DNA from: the human T2T-CHM13v2.0 reference genome, Homo sapiens
DNA length: 64,000 bases
Assembly (NCBI RefSeq): GCF_009914755.1
Contig: NC_060929.1
Strand: one strand, 5' to 3'
Shown: one piece after another, positions 58,320 through 64,000 of the stretch
How the letters are laid out: each line of letters opens with the position of its first letter
Position numbering within the stretch: the stretch's first letter is position 1
Notes under the pieces: generated by a model
Database searches by the model: none
Told to the model about the DNA's origin: nothing
The model's input: the letters and a program-made list of their open reading frames with translations, nothing else
Program-made: the position numbers and the translations under genes

Positions 58320-58800
58320 CTCCAGTCTCATATCTCACCAGTAATCCCCACCTCGCCTGCCCTTATACCCTGCCCTACCCCACTTGAATCATCTTGAACT
58401 ACTTTGAGGAACATCAACTTGCAAGTTCCTTCCAGTTTTTTCCTCTGCCTTGGACATATGACCCATCCTACCTCACCCTACCCCTGTCCCTTTCACTTGG
58501 CTCATCCCTATACTTTCTTTGGGTCATAACTTAGATAACTTATGAAGGTCATAACTTTCTTCAGATTTTCCTGACCCTCCAAGCCTGGGCCAATGCCCAC
58601 TCAATGTGTCCCTCAAGCATTTCCATGACACTAATAATGGCATATGTTACATTGAGAGGTGGTTGCCTGGTTTCTTACCTATTGTCCTCTCTAGACTTTG
58701 ATCACCATGAGTATGTTCACCGTTGTATTCCTAGCACCTAGCAGAGTGCCTCAGGCAGAGTAAAGTTTCAATTAATGGTTATTGAATAAGTGAATAAATT
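58320..58800 (+). mobile_element. L2 3' end
   Basis: gttcaccgttgtattcctagcacctagcagagtgcct...tgaataagtgaataaa. Confidence 0.75.
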
Positions 58801-58964
58801 GCTTTAGTTCTGTATCTATTGTCAAAACAAAGAGAGTATAATTAGAGGAAAAGTTTATCCAGAGATGTTGGACTGAACTTACCCATATATTTTCCTTCCT
58901 GGTGCAAATCCACTGAAATAATGGAAAAACATGTAATGAAAGGAATAAATCCATACTAGTTCAT

Positions 58965-59300
58965 GTATTTGTCAGGGTAGGGTAACTACTGTATGAGACA
59001 ATACCAAATCTCAGTGGATTAGAACAATAAAAGTTCATTATTCACTGATGGCATAGTCCAATGCCAGAGCTAGGTAGAGTGGGCAGTGTTGCTCTTTCCA
59101 TTCTCTGCATTCATCAAATGGTCAGGGGGAAAACAAGGAAAACCTGAGCGATCGTATAGGAGGACTTTTAGGGGCCAGTCTGGAAGAGGTGTACATCACT
59201 CCTGATCAGAGTCCATTGGCCATAGCTCTGTCACACAGCCATTTCTAATAGTAAGAGGAAAAGAAAATAGAGAATGACAAACACAAAACAGTCTCCCACA
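58965..59300. mobile_element. Old MLT1-family LTR
   Basis: tgtatttgtcagggtagg...ccaaatctcagtggattagaacaataaaagtt. Confidence 0.7.
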
Positions 59301-60257
59301 ACCTTGAAAAACAAGGAAGGATGACTTCAACAAACTAGAAATTTTGAGAAATCTGTCAAAGCTAAAAAGCAATTGGGATTAGACTGGTGAAAATAAAACA
59401 GAGGAAACCCTAGCAGATAAGAAACTCAAGAAGAAATTCAAGCAGGAGAAATTTTCTGTGAAAATGAGGTCAATTCCAGAGATTCTTCAAACTCAGAGTC
59501 CACAAATATAAATCATGGGAAAGATTGCTGGAACTGCTGTCAGGAAAATTAATGCTCAAAATTGCATTAAGGAAAAGCTGGGCTACCCCACACTGAGCAG
59601 CAGAGACTATCAGTGCTTGCCCCAGGAGGACACTTTGTGCTAAGTGTCAGGACTGAGCAGCAAAGCAGGAAAGAGTATAAAATAAATCTGAGCCTCCATA
59701 AGGACAGCTGCAGAAGAAAAAGAAAGTGAGCACATGACTACAGTGCTTTTTCCAGACTAAATTGCTCAGTATATCTCTCTGGAATAGGGGTTGTAAACAG
59801 GAAACTTAGAGCAGGCACAGGGCCAAAAACAGGCAGGGTACCCAGGTACCCATTGGAGATGGCAAACTCTCACACCTAGAAGAAATGCTTTTGACACATA
59901 TTATCCAGCCCTTTTTGACACACCCCCTTCTCCATCATCATCAGAAGGAGGACACTGTTATTAATAGACAGACAGAGGTCCTGAAAAACAAATTTGAACA
60001 GACATCCAGGAATGACAAGATTTTTAAGGAAAACAAACACTATAAAAAGGAGATACCAAATATAACAAATGATTAATACTTGAAGAACAAATGTTAAAAG
60101 TGATAAAAAATTTAAAATATATGTGATCAATATATGCAAAGAGATTTATGAGTCTGCATATTCATAAAACAATTTTTGTCTGCAACATAAAGGAAGCAGC
60201 CAGATTTGTTGGAAGTAAAAATGTTATCAATCAAATAAAAATAGATGGGTTAATTAG

Positions 60258-60745
60258 TGTTGGGAGACAATTCTCCATTGGTCTCTCACATTCGGCACAT
60301 CTTGCAAAATGGGGCACTGACTGCCCTTTGTTTTACCCTATCTTCTCAAGGATGTTTATTTAGGAAATGCCTTGGAAAACAGAGACAGTGTTTCTTCCAG
60401 AGCAAGGCATACTTCCTATTCAGTATAATGAAAATGTTTCCCTCTTCAGCAAAGGGCAGACATGCTTATAAAAGACACAGAATCCCTAAGCTCAGGGTTC
60501 TCCCCTCCTGTCACGCAGCCCACTGTGTGTACAGGTAGTGTTTGGCCCTTTTGCTCCTCACTGTGGGAATTAGGACTCAAAAAAACCAGCACAAATGCTA
60601 ATCCTCTTGCTACTCCTATTCTGTGAGTAATAAACTACCTTTGTATCTGACCGAGAAATCTCATGTCTTCTTCCAGTATCCATGAAACTACAATAGGCTA
60701 ATTTGCAAGTAAGGTAAAATCTCAAACTTTTCACAGTTCTTAACA
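60258..60745 (+). mobile_element. ERVL-class solo LTR (LTR47-like)
   Basis: tgttgggagacaattctccat start, internal aataaa, ...cacagttcttaaca end. Confidence 0.8.
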
Positions 60746-61036
60746 TTATCATAATGGAAATACTGAGAGCCCAAAATGGTGGACTGAAAGATGAAGTCAA
60801 GGTATTCTCCCAGAATTCAGCCCAAAAAATCATTTGAGTATGGAGAGTACTTAAAAAAATGTGAAAGACTGAGCCAGAGACTCCAATATAAAATAGCAAT
60901 TCGGAAAGAACAGAGAGAATTGAGAGAAATCGATAATCAAGAAAAATAGAAAACAATTCCCCAACCCTAAAAAAAAAATAAATATCTAAAGTTAAAATAT
61001 TAGAGTATCTCAATGAATCGCTTTGTAGATTACTTA

Positions 61037-61378
<342 letters not shown>

Positions 61379-61690
61379 CTACAATGGTACAAGCTGGCAG
61401 AAACCACATTAAACAAATGGTTGATAATACTTAGCATCATGAATAAGACAAACTGACTCACATTCTTTCTGGTGTGATGCACTAAGGACACAGTATCACC
61501 CCTATAATATTCTTGCCAAAAAAATGTTTATTCTGAATCTAGGCATGTGGGACCCATCAGACAAATCCAAATGGAAGGTCATTATATAAAACAACTAACC
61601 TGAACTCTTCATTCAAAAATATTCATGACATTGAAAATGAAAAAGGCAAGGATGCTGTTCTAGATTAAAAGAATATAAAGTAACATGACA

Positions 61691-61979
61691 GGCCATGCAC
61701 AGTGGCTCATGCCTGTAATTCCAGCACTTTGGGAGGCTGAGGTGGGAGAACTGCCTGAGGCCAGGATCAGTTTGAGCAACACAGTAAGACCCCATTTCTA
61801 CAAAAAATAAAAACAAATTAGCCAGGCATGGTCTTGTATTCCTATAGTCCCAGCTATTGGGAGGCTAAGGAGAGAGGATCACATAAGCCCAGGAGTTCAA
61901 GGCTGCAGTGAGCTATTATCATCACTGCACTCTAGCCTGGGCAACAGAGCGAGACCCTGACTCAAAAAAAAAAAAAAAA
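61691..61979 (+). mobile_element. Alu (AluJ-like)
   Basis: cccaggagttcaaggctgcagtgagct...gagaccctgactc plus A tail. Confidence 0.95.
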
Positions 61980-64000
61980 GACACAACAAGTAAATGCACT
62001 GCATAGTCCTTAAATGGATCCCTCAATTTAAAAAGAAATGATAAAGTATTTTATTGAAACCATTGGGGAAATTTAAATATAGACTATATATTAAATAATA
62101 GTATAGAATCAAATTGTATTGAATCATATTTAATCAAAGTTAAAAAAAATTGGTGCATCCCTAGGTATAGATAAAAGAGAAGAGAACAGTGTCATACCAG
62201 TTATTAGAAAAACTTAGTTTGAACATGAATTTATATATCCAGCCAGTTAGAATCTAAGTGTGAGCACCAAGAGGGAGAGAGAGAGAGAGAGAAGAAAATC
62301 TATTTTCGGTCATATAAAAACTAACGAATTTTGCATTCCACAGATCTCCTCTGAAATAATTAGTCAAGAATATGCTCCCAAAAATGAAAACTGAATTCAA
62401 AAAAGAAGAAGATATGTTTGAAATCCAAGAAAAAGTGGTATACAAAGAAATCAGGAGCCATAAATAAACAGCATTAGGGTATGAAACAGTTCCAAGAGAA
62501 AACTGCATTCAACTTTATGCTATTAAAAATGTATTCTGTGGATTGTTTTCTAGGACGAATGAATTATCAAAATTAATGTAAGAAGAGAAAACATTTTAAA
62601 TAAACCATTAAACCCAGACAATACTTAAAAAATAATCAATGATTCATGCTTTAATAAAAGTCAAAGTCTTACATGATAGTAATTTATAGTTTCCTTTGCA
62701 GTGGATTCAAAATTTCAAAATTCAAAAATGTCAGTGGAAAAAGTACAGTGAAGGAGAACTTTCTGTACTGAATACTAAAAACATAATAATTAAAATATCA
62801 TGGAATTGCCACAAGGATAAACAAATAAATATAAAATAAAACAGTATATCCAGAAATAAACCCACATTTATGTAGGAACTTAATATATTAGAAAGAGCAA
62901 AGTCAACAGAAAAGTCATTAAATGCTGTTGGGGCAATTGGCTCTTCATTTGAGCTAAAAATTTAGATTATTATACCATACCACATACAAAAGTAAATTAC
63001 AGATGAATTATAGAACTGAACATTTCAAAACTGTGCAAGTATTAGAAGAAAATATAGGCAAGGCACAGTACTAAAAGACATAAAAGATGAACAGCTTTGA
63101 CTATACAAATTTAACTTTTGACAAAATACATTACAAACAAAATTAAAAGACATAATAGAGTAAGAGATATAAGCAGTATATACAGCAAATGATCAGTATC
63201 CATTATATGGAGAGAACCCCTACAAATCAATAAGAAACCCAACCCATTGTTTAAATGGGCAAATTACACAAATAGAAAATGTAAAGAAGAAACACAAGTG
63301 GTCAATTAAACATAGGAAAATAAATGTTTACCTATGTAACAAACCTGCACCTATACCCCTGAACTTAAAAGTGTTTTTAAAAAGAAAGTAAAAAACAAAA
63401 AAAGAAAAGAAGTTTAACCTCGGTAGTAATAAAGGAAAAGAAAAATAAAAATAAAAGTGCAATGAGATTCTATTTCTCCCCATTAGATTAGCAAAAATTA
63501 ATGTTGATAATATGAAGTGCTGGGAAAGGGGTGGGGAAATGGGCCCTCTGGTTTACCACTGGTGGACGTAAAGTGTAAATTAGCATAGCCTTTTCAGAGG
63601 CCAATTTGGCAATATATATTAAAATTTAAAATGTGCATACATATACTTTATCTCAGTATTCTGCCTCAAAGGATCTGTTTTACATAAATATTGGCATATT
63701 GTGGAAAAAGAGAACAATTAAAACCTAAATTCTTTATTATGGAATACTGCCCATCCATTAGAAAGCATTCCATCAATTAAAATGCACTAACAGGAAAATA
63801 TCTCTAAGCTGGACTACAGTAGCAAAGTAAGTTGTATAACAACATATATAGTATAATTACATTTTTTAATGCTGTATATCTATTGAGATACTACTGTGTG
63901 TAAGCCTTGGTCTTTGGTAGTAGACTTATAGAATTGAAGAAAACAGATAAAATTATTGGCCTTACAAAGATTACCTATGAAGTTTGGAGATGAGAGATGA

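Overview
Primate (most likely human) genomic DNA: AT-rich, repeat-dense and almost entirely intronic. The only intact coding segment is a 131-nt + strand exon at 47816-47946 (G|[43 protein letters not shown]|G). I recognise it from memory as an internal exon (probably exon 3) of RGS7BP/R7BP, so the window is the long upstream intron, this exon and part of the next intron. The rest is Alus, L1/L2/MIR fragments, solo LTRs (MER11, LTR9/MER61-type, MSTB, MLT1C, LTR47-like), a MaLR provirus remnant, DNA transposons and retrocopies of U2, U6 and 7SL RNA. Repeat subfamily names are from memory of consensus sequences, not from a search. The supplied ORFs look spurious or Alu-derived. I cannot support a new functional system. 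Directly visible oddities: a locally templated inverted LTR duplication with ~70-bp flanking repeats, a neighbouring 147-bp templated copy, a U6/L1 chimera and a tailless U2 retrocopy. More speculative: a possible fossil antisense gene nested in the intron (TATA-type promoter near 41.07 kb, a large decayed exon-like block at 23.1-25.2 kb, small phase-compatible exon candidates at 19.6-20.1 kb).
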